Source: Schmidtea polychroa
Taxonomy: Eukaryota
Reading direction: 5' to 3'
Assembly: GCA_044892525.1 (NCBI GenBank)
Contig: CM097885.1
Span: forward strand, 23,810,001 to 23,874,000
DNA: 64,000 nucleotides
A program made the translations under genes and the position numbers. Shown here in pieces: positions 1-12,300 of this stretch. The notes under the pieces are model-generated. The model was not told the DNA's origin and did not search any database. It saw only the letters and a program-made list of their open reading frames with translations. Positions within the stretch are counted from its first letter, which is position 1; every line of letters starts with the position of its first letter.

Positions 1-1354
1 AGATGTATAATTTTTTCGAAGGGGGATCCGTGGTGGATTAACATTTGTTAACAAACACTATGTAGTATCCTCCGACAATACATAACTTCTTTACATTGAT
101 ATAAATAATTTGTATGGGCGGGCCTTAAGCCAAAGAATTCCATATAAGGATTTTAAATGGGTCACCAATAGAGGAGAGTTAAATAAAATAATTTATTTTT
201 GTGAATCTGTAGATTTGGAAGTACTTCCATTTGGATTTACCTTGAAGGTTGATTTGGAAATTCCTGATGAGATTCACGACAAATTGGATAATTTTCCAGT
301 TGCCGCTGAAAAGATGTGTCCATCTGGCTCTAAAGTTGAGAAGTTGATGCTTACACATCATCCCAAGAAGAACTATGTTCTTCATTGGAGACTTTTCAAG
401 ATTTTTATTTCTCTTGGTGTAAAATTAATTCATGTACATAGGGCAATTCAATTCACAAACGATAATATTTTTAAAGATTACATCGATACCAATACCCGAC
501 TAAGGACGAAATCGAGTAATGCCTTGGATAAAAATTATTATAAGTTATTAAATAATAGCCTTTACGGGAAGACCGTAGAGAATCTGAAAAAACGTCTGAT
601 TTTGCGGCTTTGTAATTCGGCTTCTAAGCTAATTACATATACATCTAAACCAACGTTTAAAAGGACTTATGAAATTGACAATGATTTAGTATCAGTCTGC
701 TAAGATGTTTGTTTAGATAGACCCAGTTACATTGGCCAAACTGTATTGGACTTATCTAAACTTAGAATGTATCAGTTGCAGTATGAAGAGTTACAAAAAT
801 ATCGTAACGAATTCAACTGTAAAAATAATATCGTTGCAGGTGATACGGATTCATTTTCCTTCAAGTTATTAACTTTAAACTTGATGTTCTTTTACCAGTC
901 ATGATCCGTGATAATTTACTAGACACGTCTAATTATGATCCTCTTCATCCTCCTAACCCTGATAAAGTAGGGACCTTGATTCTGTCATTGAGAAGTTCAA
1001 AGACGAGAATAAAGGTCTAAAATATAAGGAATGGGTTTTTCTTAGACCTAAATGTTATAGTTTGTTAGGTGATGACGAGACAAAAAAGCTAAAGGAGTAA
1101 CATTGAAAGGTAGTGACATAAAACATCAGTCGTACCTGGATTGTTATAACACTAATCAAATTTTTTCTATACCACAAACTAAAATAACTAGCAAAAATCA
1201 TCAGCTATTAACCATAAAAAATAAAAAACTGCACTTATCAACGCAGATGATAAAAGGGTTTGGGTGGGGAAAAATAAAAGTTATGCATATGCATCCGGAT
1301 CCATCATACTCGCAACTCAAAGAATCAGCTGATGATATACCGAATGTTATTTAA
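1..1354 (+). pseudogene. Polinton/Maverick/adintovirus-type protein-primed family B DNA polymerase, C-terminal part, disrupted
   Basis: Translation gives GIRGGLTF, motif A YIDINNLYG, motif B YYKLLNNSLYGK, motif C VAGDTDS (~833-853) and KFKDE...EWVFLRPKCYS...AKGV. In-frame stops (~83, 701) and several frameshifts are present. Confidence 0.93.
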
Positions 1355-2207
1355 ATAAATCTTTGTTAAAAAATTGTTTTTATTGATTTTTTTTAGAATT
1401 AAATGTATAATAAGTTTGACTAATATATTTTTATATTTTGAACATTTTTTTCTCAGTTTTCGTAAATTAGTAAAAAGAGTATTAAGAATAACACATAAGA
1501 ATTAATTTAAATTTAAACTAAAATAAATTAGATATCAAAATTAAAAAAAACTTAATAAAGAAATAAAATTATAATAATTAATTAATTAAATAAAAAAATG
1601 AAATAAAAGGAAATAATTAATGAAAATATTTGTTAAATTCTGATTAATTATTGAGTAATAAGTGGGGTACCAAATTGCTACCGTAAGCTCATATATACCT
1701 ACTTTTACCTAATAAAAATATGAGAAGATGATGTAAATCATTACCACTCAAATTATGAAAAATAACTGGCAGGACAGGTCAAATTTTTCGAGATAAATTG
1801 CAAGTTAGACAAGAATTTATTTGATAATTAGACAATAGCACGGTGATGTTAATAATAGTAATAATGTCAACCATTTAAATAGAGACTATACACTGAAAAT
1901 ATCTCAAGTTGTTTAAAATAATATGAAAATTCGAAAATGATGCACTAAAAAAATAATTTTAAAGTGAAAAAGATGTAATCAACCTAGTAAAACAAGAATT
2001 CAATTTTTTTCATACAAGTATAAAAGATTCTTATAAAAAATCTTCCAATTCGACAAAAAATTTGTTATAGTTGAGGATTCCTTCTGGGGTGGAGTCCAAA
2101 CATATATCTCATATAGATAAAATACAACCTTAGAAAATTAATATAACATATTATTTTAAAAAAACGATTTCAAATAATTCAAATTTATAAAAACATTTAT
2201 GGAATAA

Positions 2208-3107
2208 ATGGCATGCTATTCGCATAGAATTATTTACCATTCCTTTTTGATTCTCCAAAACAAGAAATTCCATTCAAATATATTTACTGACAAATCATTT
2301 ACAAGGGTAATCCAACTTATTGAGAAGACCTGTAGATGTCGAATCAAAACGTCTTTATTGAAAATCAACTTGAAATTCCCCCTGAAGAGTAAAATAACGG
2401 ACTTATCTGGATATATGATAACTGAAATATTTTATTATGAACCCTTCAATCAACACAACATTGCCATGAAAATGATTGACCAGTTGTTTAGAATTTCAGC
2501 TTTTGAAACTCATTATTCATGCAACAGATTAGCGTACAAAACGATCACCAAAAGAGACATGCAATTCTTAAGCTTAAGAATGAATTTTGCTGCCAACAAT
2601 TTGTCTCTTGACATGCACTTGAAAAACTTAAAAGGTCCAACTGCAAGACATTCAATGAAATTGTACGTTGTAAAAAAAGTAAGTTTAGTAGATGAAGAAG
2701 AAAAGAAGGCTTCATTGATAGAATGGGTCAGAGAAAGCTCTGAGAAAAATTCTATAACCCGAACGTCTTTAAAAGAGATGGTGAAAGAGCTTTATGGAAA
2801 TGATATAATGATGAGCCCTTCAAATGAAAGTGAAGAAGAGGCTAATATAGATGTAATTAATATCAGTGATCCAAAACAGATTAATAAAATTTCATCGGAT
2901 TCATTTCAATTTAATGTCATTATTGAGCCAGAATCTTCAAATCCCAATGAAGCTTTGAGAGCCAATGAAGATTCATTAAAACAAAATGAAAAGAAAGAAA
3001 AGTATGATTTTTCATTCGAAGAACAAACTTCGCTTCATGAGCATCAAAGTGGAAGTTCTGATGATGATAATAGTTGTAAATTTTGCAGTTTCGAAACAGG
3101 CAAATAA
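2208..3107 (+). CDS. Intronless 299-aa protein of unknown function; N-terminal half weakly resembles a TBP core, acidic/Ser-rich C-terminus
   Basis: Open 900-bp ORF in very AT-rich surroundings. FTRVIQ..NLKFPL..YYEP..IAMKMI..ISAF can be aligned by eye to TBP YARVVQ..DVKFPI..SYEP..LIYRMI..LLIF. Confidence 0.55.
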   Translation: MACYSHRIIYHSFLILQNKKFHSNIFTDKSFTRVIQLIEKTCRCRIKTSLLKINLKFPLKSKITDLSGYMITEIFYYEPFNQHNIAMKMIDQLFRISAFETHYSCNRLAYKTITKRDMQFLSLRMNFAANNLSLDMHLKNLKGPTARHSMKLYVVKKVSLVDEEEKKASLIEWVRESSEKNSITRTSLKEMVKELYGNDIMMSPSNESEEEANIDVINISDPKQINKISSDSFQFNVIIEPESSNPNEALRANEDSLKQNEKKEKYDFSFEEQTSLHEHQSGSSDDDNSCKFCSFETGK

Positions 3108-4049
3108 ATAATCTGACAATAGAATTGCTGTTGCACCTTTTTTATCGCGAATTTCAAACTAAATAGCCTTTTCTTACTGAAAAATGATTTCATTCTGGCG
3201 TAGGAGTGGGCTGTCCATAAGATTGAATGAGAGATTGCCAGATTATGGGCTGTTTAATGGGTTATGAGCAAGATGACCACCTCTCCGGTTTCACCGAGAG
3301 ATCTCTGTTTTTTTCAACATATCTCAGGTCTCCGATTGGGTCAAGCCATTTCTACAGTGTTTTTATATTAATTCGTTAAAAGTGACTTAAAATATTTTAA
3401 ATCAGATATTATACATTCATTTAGGTCCATAGAGTATAATTTTTGTTTATTTTGCCCCTCTTGCAAGAAGTCAGGACTAAAAATATGCGTTTAAATTTAA
3501 TAAATAATTTTTTTATTTTAATAAATTCTTTATCCAATTATAATCTTGAATAAAATGAAAATAATATAAATAAATTATCGGTTTTTTCTCAAATTCTCTG
3601 AGTTTCTTTGAGAGACTGTGATATTCTGATACCTACATTTTAGTGGGTTACAAGTAGCTAATATCTTAGCCTTTCCTGTTGCTTCCAGCGTAACCAAGAA
3701 TACAATTGTTGTCAATTACACTATGCTCGTTGTTGCTGCTTCGAGTAGGGAAAAAACTGAGAGCATTCATGTGCACTATAATCGTCAAATATTTCAACAG
3801 CAATAAAAAGCTTTTTGTCCGTTTTTTTACTTTTTAATTTAAACAAGAAATTAAATAAAATGAAAGAAATTCAGGTCTACTGCTTTTGAATATCATATTC
3901 TTATATAAAAACTGATTTTGACACAAAGTAAATAAAGAATTTTGATCAAAATGCGTGAAATATACCATGCAAACATAGCCTTAAGTTAACTTAAAATTTA
4001 AACACGTAAAAGCACCAAATAAACATTGAAATATACGAAATGAAACTAT

Positions 4050-4277
4050 TATATCCTTCGTTGAGGTTTTTGAGTGGAATTACAATGGTTCCGGTTTTAC
4101 TTCATTTATTTGATGCAGAACAGCTCCGACTGCTAAGTTCGATACGTCAGTAGTCAAAATGATTAAAAGGTCTGATTTTATGCATGCGAGTATTTTTATT
4201 TTTAATAGTGACTCTTTAGCTCGATCATAAGAGTGCAAAGCTTTGTTGCTCCATTTAACTTTTTGATTTTTTCCCAT
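4050..4277 (-). mobile_element. Ty3/Gypsy retrotransposon RT-connection/RNase H fragment
   Basis: VKWSNKALHSYDRAKESLL...ILTTDVSNLAVGAVLHQ...EPL*FHSK matches the Gypsy W..(AF)..K..L...LxTDAS..xGAVLxQ...PIAFxSK pattern. Confidence 0.85.
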
Positions 4278-4699
4278 TTGACCGATTTGTCATTAGTCCT
4301 AAAATTTCCAATATTTTAGATATGAATTTGTGAGATTTGGTGCGTTACAGGTGGATCACATTTTACCTTTTCGAGCTGTTTCCAGCATAACCCAAGATAC
4401 AAGGATGCTTTACCACTTAATACCCAATTGAGTGATCAACGTTGGAACTGTATCAAGTGGGTGAGTACCAGCAAGAAGTGAAGAAACATTTGTACAGTAT
4501 AATTTTCAGGTACTCGAGTAGGTCCATGGACTGCCGATGGAAGGCCTGTGTCCGACTTTCGATTGGTCCCTATCATATTAACCACTTTCCTTTATGGTTC
4601 AGCTACCATTATCAATTTCCTCCTTAATGAGTAACTATTGAACTCTTTGAATAGCTAACGATATTTATTATAAACAAAAATGAGATCACGTGTAAATTA

Positions 4700-5092
4700 T
4701 TGCAAGTCAGTTGTCATCAAATTTTTTCGCTATTCTTTAGCCGGTCCCATTCGGCTTTACCGGGGCGTTTCCTTTAAAGGCCGTTGTTGGGAGATTTCTA
4801 CCTTTTCTACAACAACTGGTCAGATATGCTGGGCCACTTCCTGGTCAATATTCTGTGGATTCAGTAAGCGGACTCGCCACTGGAGTGCCTTTAGCTCCGT
4901 TCGATCTTCAGCCCTCTGAAGCTGCAACTGTTGGATCAGCCTCAGGCCCTTTTGCATCTCAGTGGGACTGAGCCAGGTGCCTTCGAGTTCCCCGCGCCGC
5001 CTCTTGAATTTGCTCACTCGATGCCGCAGATTTTCTACCTGTTTTTGCGCCTGGTCCACGACGGCTCGTAGGTTCGCCATTAATTGCAACAC
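4700..5092 (-). pseudogene. Coiled-coil/basic protein, decayed paralog of the 6758-7228 ORF
   Basis: ELEGTWLSPTEMQK...IQQLQLQRAEDRTELKALQWRVRLL vs ELQGTWFSPAEMKK...ISQLQTQAEQDQLEIRALKLQVRSL. Similarity continues past the TGA at 4820, with further stops. Confidence 0.7.
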
Positions 5093-6398
5093 TAAAGTAT
5101 GAAAATGGTTGAAGTTAAATTATTTTCATGACGATTTTTAAATAATTTCTGAGTTACAGAATTCTACCCTTGGTACCCCATCTAACTATTATCGTGTGTC
5201 GCGAAATAACCATTCTAATTACTTTTATTACTTCCTACTATTAATTGTGTCAACTTTTCGGATGTAAAATTGATTTATGTGGCCAAATCTTCGATAGAAG
5301 AAGTAATGTATTTCATGTTGTGTAAGGCGTAGCAACCAACATAAAAATTACGAATTTTAACTCAACTTTGTACTTTAAATAAGCACAGATAATTCAGCAA
5401 AGTCTCAATTAAATTACATTGCATATTCTACTCTATCAATCTTTAATTTAAGTCTAAATCTATATTATTTGTCATTATTTTTGGCCAAAAGCACTTAAAA
5501 TTTATTAGTTAAACAAATCTTTAGATATATAAAGAAAAAAAAGTAATAATATATCAAAATTATTTAAAAACTATATTTTTACGTATTTTCAAATTATTAT
5601 TTCAATATCAAAATAGCAAATTTTATATTGTTATGTTTAAATCAATTAAATACCTCATTTTTCAAGTTTTTTGATTAAAAAGCATTGAATTTTTAAAAAA
5701 AATGTTTCTGTAAATTTTGTAACAATAATCACAAATTTTAAATATTTAAGATTTATTTTTAAGTTTATTTTCCAGATAACATATTTATTTTGACATTATA
5801 TTCTACTTGAAATATTTTCAATTACATAAAATTTTTTATTTCTTATTTTTTATTTAGTTTTTTATTTAAAATAAATTTAATTTTACATAATTTAAGATTA
5901 TTGTTTACAAACATTTTAGTTTAATTCTCATATTGATCCTGATTCCAAATTGACAAATATCGAATCTGCATTTTAAGGGATTGTAACGATTAGATTAAAA
6001 ATGAGCAGAAGTAATTTATTTTAAAGATTTAGGATTAAAAAGTATAGTCTATCACTTCAAAGCATTGAACTCGGTCAATATCCAGAATTTGATGATAATG
6101 AAGATAATGAACTTGATAATATGAAAAATGAATTTGGTAGTCTTGCAAGTCTGGAAATATTCGGTAATGAATTCCAATTTATTATTTTTGTTTTATATGA
6201 CCGAGGGGTTGGGGTAATAATAAATAAATTGTGAATTTCTCTTAATGAGGAGGAGCACTATAAGTTTGAAAAACTTTAATAAATTGAATATTTTGTATTA
6301 TATTTAATAATATCGTGATCCTCATCATATCCTTTCTAGTTGTAATGAAAACTAGGAAATTGTACATTCGAATAATAAATATTTTTCATTTAGATTCC

Positions 6399-6713
6399 CT
6401 ACAAAGATTGATTATTCCCCTGTGGTGGGTTACTGGTGGTTGAATGTTTAAGTACTGTTACCAGCGTAACCCAGAGTACAACATTGTTTTTCCGCTTGGT
6501 ACCCGTTGAGCAATCAACGTTGGTACTGTACCAAGGGTTGAGTACTCGCAAAAAGTGAGCGCATCGAGGCACTATAATTGTCGAGTACTCGATGGGTTCA
6601 CGGACGCCGATAGAAGGCACGTGTCCGATTTGTTTCGGTCCCTCGTCGAGATTGTTTTCCCACACGCTTTTCTACCAATCCTTTTGGTTTAAGTCAACGC
6701 AAAGTTCGATCAT
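6399..6713 (-). pseudogene. Small ORF of unknown function with one in-frame stop; diverged copies at ~4370-4620 and ~3685-3795
   Basis: ATG at 6713 reads MIELCVDLNQKDW*KSVWENNLDEGPKQIGHVPSIG... Nucleotide blocks such as ccagcgtaacc and gcactataat recur in the other two copies. Confidence 0.45.
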
Positions 6714-6757
6714 ATATTTATTAAACAACCAGAATCATTTATTAAATTACTACTGTT

Positions 6758-7228
6758 TTACAGAGTTGGTTTATTCAGGAGGGTCGCATTCTCGAACGTC
6801 TTTTGGGAACGTGGATTGGCCCCAGCCTCTTTCAACTTCTCCTGCTCGGCCAGCCAGGCCCTTTTCAATTTGTCGCGGGTATTCCGCCCGAGCCGTTTAC
6901 GTTTCGGCTTGCCTGTCGGGGCTGGTGGGTATATTCTGGCTAGCTCCACCTGGAGAGGGCGGATCTGCTCTTGGAGGGCGTCTTGTATGAGTTTTTCATT
7001 CAATTTGCTTTCGAGAGAGCGTACTTGTAGTTTCAACGCCCGAATCTCGAGTTGGTCTTGCTCTGCCTGGGTCTGGAGTTGCGAGATGTGGGTCTTCTGT
7101 TTTTTCATCTCGGCTGGGCTGAACCAGGTACCTTGGAGTTCTCGATACTTCAGCTTGAGTTTTTCGACCCGACCTCGGAGACCCTCGGATTGTTGCTGGG
7201 CCTGTTCGCGGTCCTTTCGTAGGTACAC
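6758..7228 (-). CDS. Coiled-coil protein with basic (NLS-like) C-terminus, probably a 3' exon
   Basis: GC-rich ORF with heptad Leu/Gln/Glu pattern and KPKRKRLGR. The apparent GTG start overlaps a pyrimidine-rich acceptor (ttttcttcag). A paralog lies at 4700-5092. Confidence 0.7.
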   Translation of the reverse strand: MYLRKDREQAQQQSEGLRGRVEKLKLKYRELQGTWFSPAEMKKQKTHISQLQTQAEQDQLEIRALKLQVRSLESKLNEKLIQDALQEQIRPLQVELARIYPPAPTGKPKRKRLGRNTRDKLKRAWLAEQEKLKEAGANPRSQKTFENATLLNKPTL

Positions 7229-7495
7229 TGAAGAAAATAATAATAAATCCCCTCATTCGCCTTCTGGTGCGCAAAGTTGGTGAGAGTACATGCATGGAAT
7301 TTATAAGTGAGTGATGAGAAAAGGGTACGCCCCATTGGCTGTAAAGCCCAAAGTATAAAAAAAATAATTTATTGCATTACTACACGATAGATTATGTTTG
7401 ATAAACAAAAGAGAAATACAATTCGTTATGTTACTAAAATATCACTAAATAAGATCAGTAAAAATCGTTTTATTCAGGCCGCGATTGTCGATAAG

Positions 7496-7858
7496 TTAGG
7501 CCGGGTTCTTGCGGGGCCTCCCCCGTTTTCGTGGAGGGGCATCGGTCTCCTCCAGCTCTTCAAGTGCTATCCCCAACGTTTCGGCCTTGAGTTGGAGCTC
7601 GAGTCTCCTCAGCCGCTTTTGGGCCTCTACTACCTCATCGGCCGCTCGATCGCGGGCTTCCCGGAGCACGTTGTTAGTGGGCTCCACTTTCACCCACGCC
7701 GGGGCATCGGCCTCTGGGCCACTCCGAATGACCGGACCATAATTATCTAGGTCCAACCCCCAATTCCAATCGTGGATCCGGTACCAGATGTACCGGGTCC
7801 GGAGCCGCGTTATCATTTGCCTATATTCCGCTTCGTCGGGACCACTTGCTTGCGACAT
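7496..7858 (-). CDS. 120-aa small protein with coiled coil and C-terminal AT-hook
   Basis: GC-rich ORF ending PPRKRGRPRKNPA (canonical RGRP AT-hook core). AATAAA lies ~25 nt after the stop. Confidence 0.7.
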   Translation of the reverse strand: MSQASGPDEAEYRQMITRLRTRYIWYRIHDWNWGLDLDNYGPVIRSGPEADAPAWVKVEPTNNVLREARDRAADEVVEAQKRLRRLELQLKAETLGIALEELEETDAPPRKRGRPRKNPA

Positions 7859-9233
7859 TCTATTATTAAATGAAAATGGTTAATGTTGATTTTCTTCTTG
7901 AAATTTCATCTTTTTTATCATTCTACTAAGACGTAAAGCCGTGATTCGAGCGAATAGTTACTCCCTACTGATGATAGTGTGCCTTGTCGTGAATTAGATG
8001 ACAAATTTATAGCAAAAATGGGGAGTCGTTACTTATCATCACCCTATAGCCTCAACCTAGAAACATCGGAAGAAAACATCCTAACGAATTATTACCTGTG
8101 CAGTAAGTAACCACAAAGAGAAATATTGTACCCCGAAAATTTATATTTTGCTCGTGGTTGTTCCCAAATCGTCGAATTTTTGGTTTGGTTAACTTTTATT
8201 AGAAAAAATTAAAACAGAAATCTGGTTGTTTTATTGAATTAACATTATTACATAATTATTTACATCGTGGCATATATTCTATTTGCAATTATATTTAGGC
8301 TGGATTGTTATGATTCAGCTTATGCTATTTTGATGTAATTAGCCCTAGAGAAAGATTTCGCTGGCGAACGGGTTTATTGTGGAACTGGGTTCCAATGCTC
8401 CTTCGTTGGTGAAGCCGTTCGAGGGGTGCATACTGCTAATATATTCATAACAACTTTAGCAATTCAGGTATATGCGCTTTCAGGTTTTGACATGAAAGTG
8501 GGTCATGATTCCGACCTGTCTCCTATGGAAAGTTTCTTTAATTTTCAACGTTAACCTGCCCTCAATTCTCGTCGGCGTTTTGGAATTTTGCTTTATGGGA
8601 ATTTAGTAAGTTGTCTATTAATTTATAGACCATATTCCACTCATACGTTGTATCGTCACCATTGATTCTATAAGAGCTTAGGGTATCCTTTGTCATTACC
8701 TTATTGATGTGATTTTATAGGTTATGCTTGAACGACACCGGTTTCTAGAAACCCTATTCCTGGGGCGATCATGCTAAGATTTTTGGAAGATCCGAGTCTC
8801 AGGTCACTTTTAAACAGGCCACCACTGGAACATTGTAGGTCAATCTCTACTTTGTGTGCGAAATAATTTAACAACTGATTTTTACTCCCATAATCATTTT
8901 GATAGTCAATAGAGGTATAAATAGCTAAAACATTGTCGGGTGTTGAAACCTTAACACCCGTGATTTAGAATGTCATATTATAATACCTGATTCAGAGGTA
9001 GAACAAATTTTGACCGCATCTTATGGGTACTTGTCATTTTCCAGATTTATATCTCGGATTGCTATATTACCATTTTGCAGGGATCTTTACCATTCGTAAT
9101 ATGTATATAATGGTTCGCAATACGACTATCTATAATTGAGCTTTTTAAAGCTCGGAAATTGAGTGTAATCATTTACTGCTGTAACTAATATTCATCTATA
9201 ACTATCTTTTGGAATACCTAGATAATTTATATA

Positions 9234-9236
<3 letters not shown>

Positions 9237-9322
<86 letters not shown>
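9237..9322. repeat. (AT)n microsatellite
   Basis: Perfect dinucleotide run. Confidence 0.98.
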
Positions 9323-9324
<2 letters not shown>

Positions 9325-12300
9325 TATCATGATTTATAATTTACACCGTTTAGAATTTAAATTTTTAAGAGCCATATATTTATATAATCTACATAATTAT
9401 TTACACTTTGTACTTCATAATCAAAATATATAATTAGTTATAATTTATATTTTGTAACCAAAATTTATTCATAATTTACCTATTTAGGAATAATACACCG
9501 ATAAGTTTCATATATAATGAATTGTACTTTATATTTTACGCTCAATGTTTATATATAATTAATTACAGTTTATATTCTGGTAATCAAAATTTTATCTATA
9601 ATTAGTTGTAGTTTGGGTTTTTAGGAATAACCTACTCATGTAATTAATACATAACTATATATATACTATATTTTATGATATAATTTAGAATTCATGACCA
9701 GAATATACCTTTAATTTATACTTTCTATACAAGTTATAATTCTATTTTATAATTTATATATATCATTTTTTATAAATAATTTGTAGTTATATTTTTATCT
9801 AATCGGTACTTTATAGTTTAGTATATTTTTGATTTAGATTTTATATACAGTTTATAGTCATAATTTATAATTTAACTAATCTTTATCTTATGGTTTAATG
9901 ATTAGAGCATAATTTTGACTTATATTATATACATAATTATAATCACCTTTTGTAATTTAACCAATATATATTTAGTAGTTTAACGATCAGATTATATCTT
10001 TAATTCATGTTTTATATATAAGCTAACAAGTATACACTCATGGTTAAACGATTGCGGGAGACTCTTAGTTTAGTCCTAGTATATAAACTCAAGTAAGATT
10101 TATCCTTTATCGATAAGATCATTTACAATTTTATACGAGTTTCTCGATTGTAATTCCTAATTGAGGGATGAATTGAATAGTAAGTTAGGATCACGCATAT
10201 CTATGTTATAGTTGTGAATATAACTTTACAGTTGAATAGACATAAGTTTATAGTTGAATAGACATCCACATAAAAAGTTTTATTTACAAATTGAAAAGGT
10301 TCTATCGATAATAGTTTATAATTGGTGATATTACATTTGCTAAAATAATAATGCTTCATTGATACTGATTTATAAATGAAAAATAAAAGAAGTTATAATA
10401 TAACCCTAACTCCTGGCTGATTTGGGTATTGGCAATACTACCTTTTAATCCTGAGATAAGGATATATATTACTCGCTGGGGGTTTTATACTTGATTGAAT
10501 CTATTCCATCCTTTACGCTTGTCGAACTTCGAGATGCTATCATCATAATCAGATCCGAGAAAAATCCTTACATCTTTATAAAAAAAAAATTTTTATTTAC
10601 TAACGATGTTCGACAGACGCATAAGTGGAGAGGTCTTAACCGACTACATTAACTGAATTGTAATTGCTGTGTTTAATTTGGGTCTGAGATCTACTCAATT
10701 ATGACCTTAGTGTGAAGTAATGTATGAGATTTTTAATGTTGATTTTAAATATGTGCTGCATTGGAACTCGGGAAGAATGCTTGCTTACACGGCCCCACTG
10801 TGACCGCTACGACAAGCCCTATTGTAATGTTGGGTCGAAACATCGCTGTCGACCGATAAATAAATATATGGAGCCATAGCGGAGGGGTTTTATCGACACA
10901 ACTCCATAGTAGAACCATGAAGTGGCCGACCTCCGATGACCAAACAAAAAAAAAATTTTATATAAAATATATTGCTTGTCTGCCTGTGAATTGTCGTTTA
11001 AAATTAATGTTAAATGCAGGACTAAATAGCGACGCACTAAGACGTCGCTGATTAGTCAAAAAGGTAAAACTAAGTTAGATGAAACGTTAAGATTAATTAA
11101 ATTCATTAAAATAATTTTACATTTAAAACATAAAAATACCAATATTAATGAAAAATAATAAATACCAAAAGGGAAAACTACTTACTGCTAGTTTCCTGGA
11201 CAAAAATTTTCTTTGAACAAAAATTTATTGGCAAAAAGTGATGATTTGTGACTGAAACGTGTCAGTATATATACCTATTTTGTACACGTGTATGTATTGA
11301 TGCATTAAAACAAACTCGAATTCTTTTTATTCCAGAATTTTCTATTTTGTAATTTCGATATTTTTAATGGCAATTTTTGTGCCATAATTTTTGTTTTTAT
11401 TTTTAAAATTTTATTTTTTAATTATTTTTCGTTAATTTGACGTCCATGATGGATTTGGAACGGTTCCAGAACATTCTATTTTACTTTTAATTTAATTTTT
11501 ATTCCAACTGGTGTTTTATGAATTTCTTTTTAAGATTTATTATTTTTAATACTAATTTATTTATTTTCTAACTTTTATGGCTTTTGTGATGGTCATCGCC
11601 ATTTTAATGGAATGTTCTGGGTTTTTCTGGAATTTTTTACTGTTTTTACCATCTTTTAAGTTATTCGAGTTTGCTTTTGGTAATTCTATGTTTATTTGGT
11701 TATTTTTGAGTTAGATTTTGCATAACTTCTTGCTTTTGTATAATTTTATTTAATTTGTGTGTTTATTATTCTTGTTGTTTTCTCTGTTTAATTACCATTG
11801 TTTATTTGGTGTAGGTTTTAATATTTAATTATACTTGGTGCTTTTTTACTTGCTGTGTACCTACACATTTCAGTCACAATGTGTATTTTGGGTCTAGAAT
11901 TCAGTTCTAGCCCAACACCTGTATAGGTTCGCCAGCTATCTGACTCCAAGGATACCTCGCGTAAATAACAAAGATAACTCGTTTCACTCTTTACCTTCGT
12001 TGCGTCTAATAAATAAAACAGAATCGTAACCCCCCCCCCCCCCCCCGTTTGGTTGTTCCGCAAAGAAATCGGCTTTATCCAATCGTCCTCAGATATTTCT
12101 CAGTCGGTGAGAGCTGGATTCTTGTTGATCCACAGCTTCGATCTAAAGTGAAAGGTACAAGATGAAGGATTCATAAAAATTTACGCTATCGATTGTTACC
12201 AAGAATAGGCAGCAATGTTTCCTATATTGTTGGGATATTAATATGTTTGTCGATGGAACTAAATCTTGATCTGACTCCTCGTGTTCAGTAATCCAAGAAA

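Noticed and set aside
5928..6280. Decayed acidic ORF on the plus strand
   Set aside because: Several stops and no recognisable family.
8300..9130. Moderately GC-rich, coding-like stretch (possible integrase or capsid relic, e.g. IIIPDSEVEQIL)
   Set aside because: Too degenerate to assign by eye.
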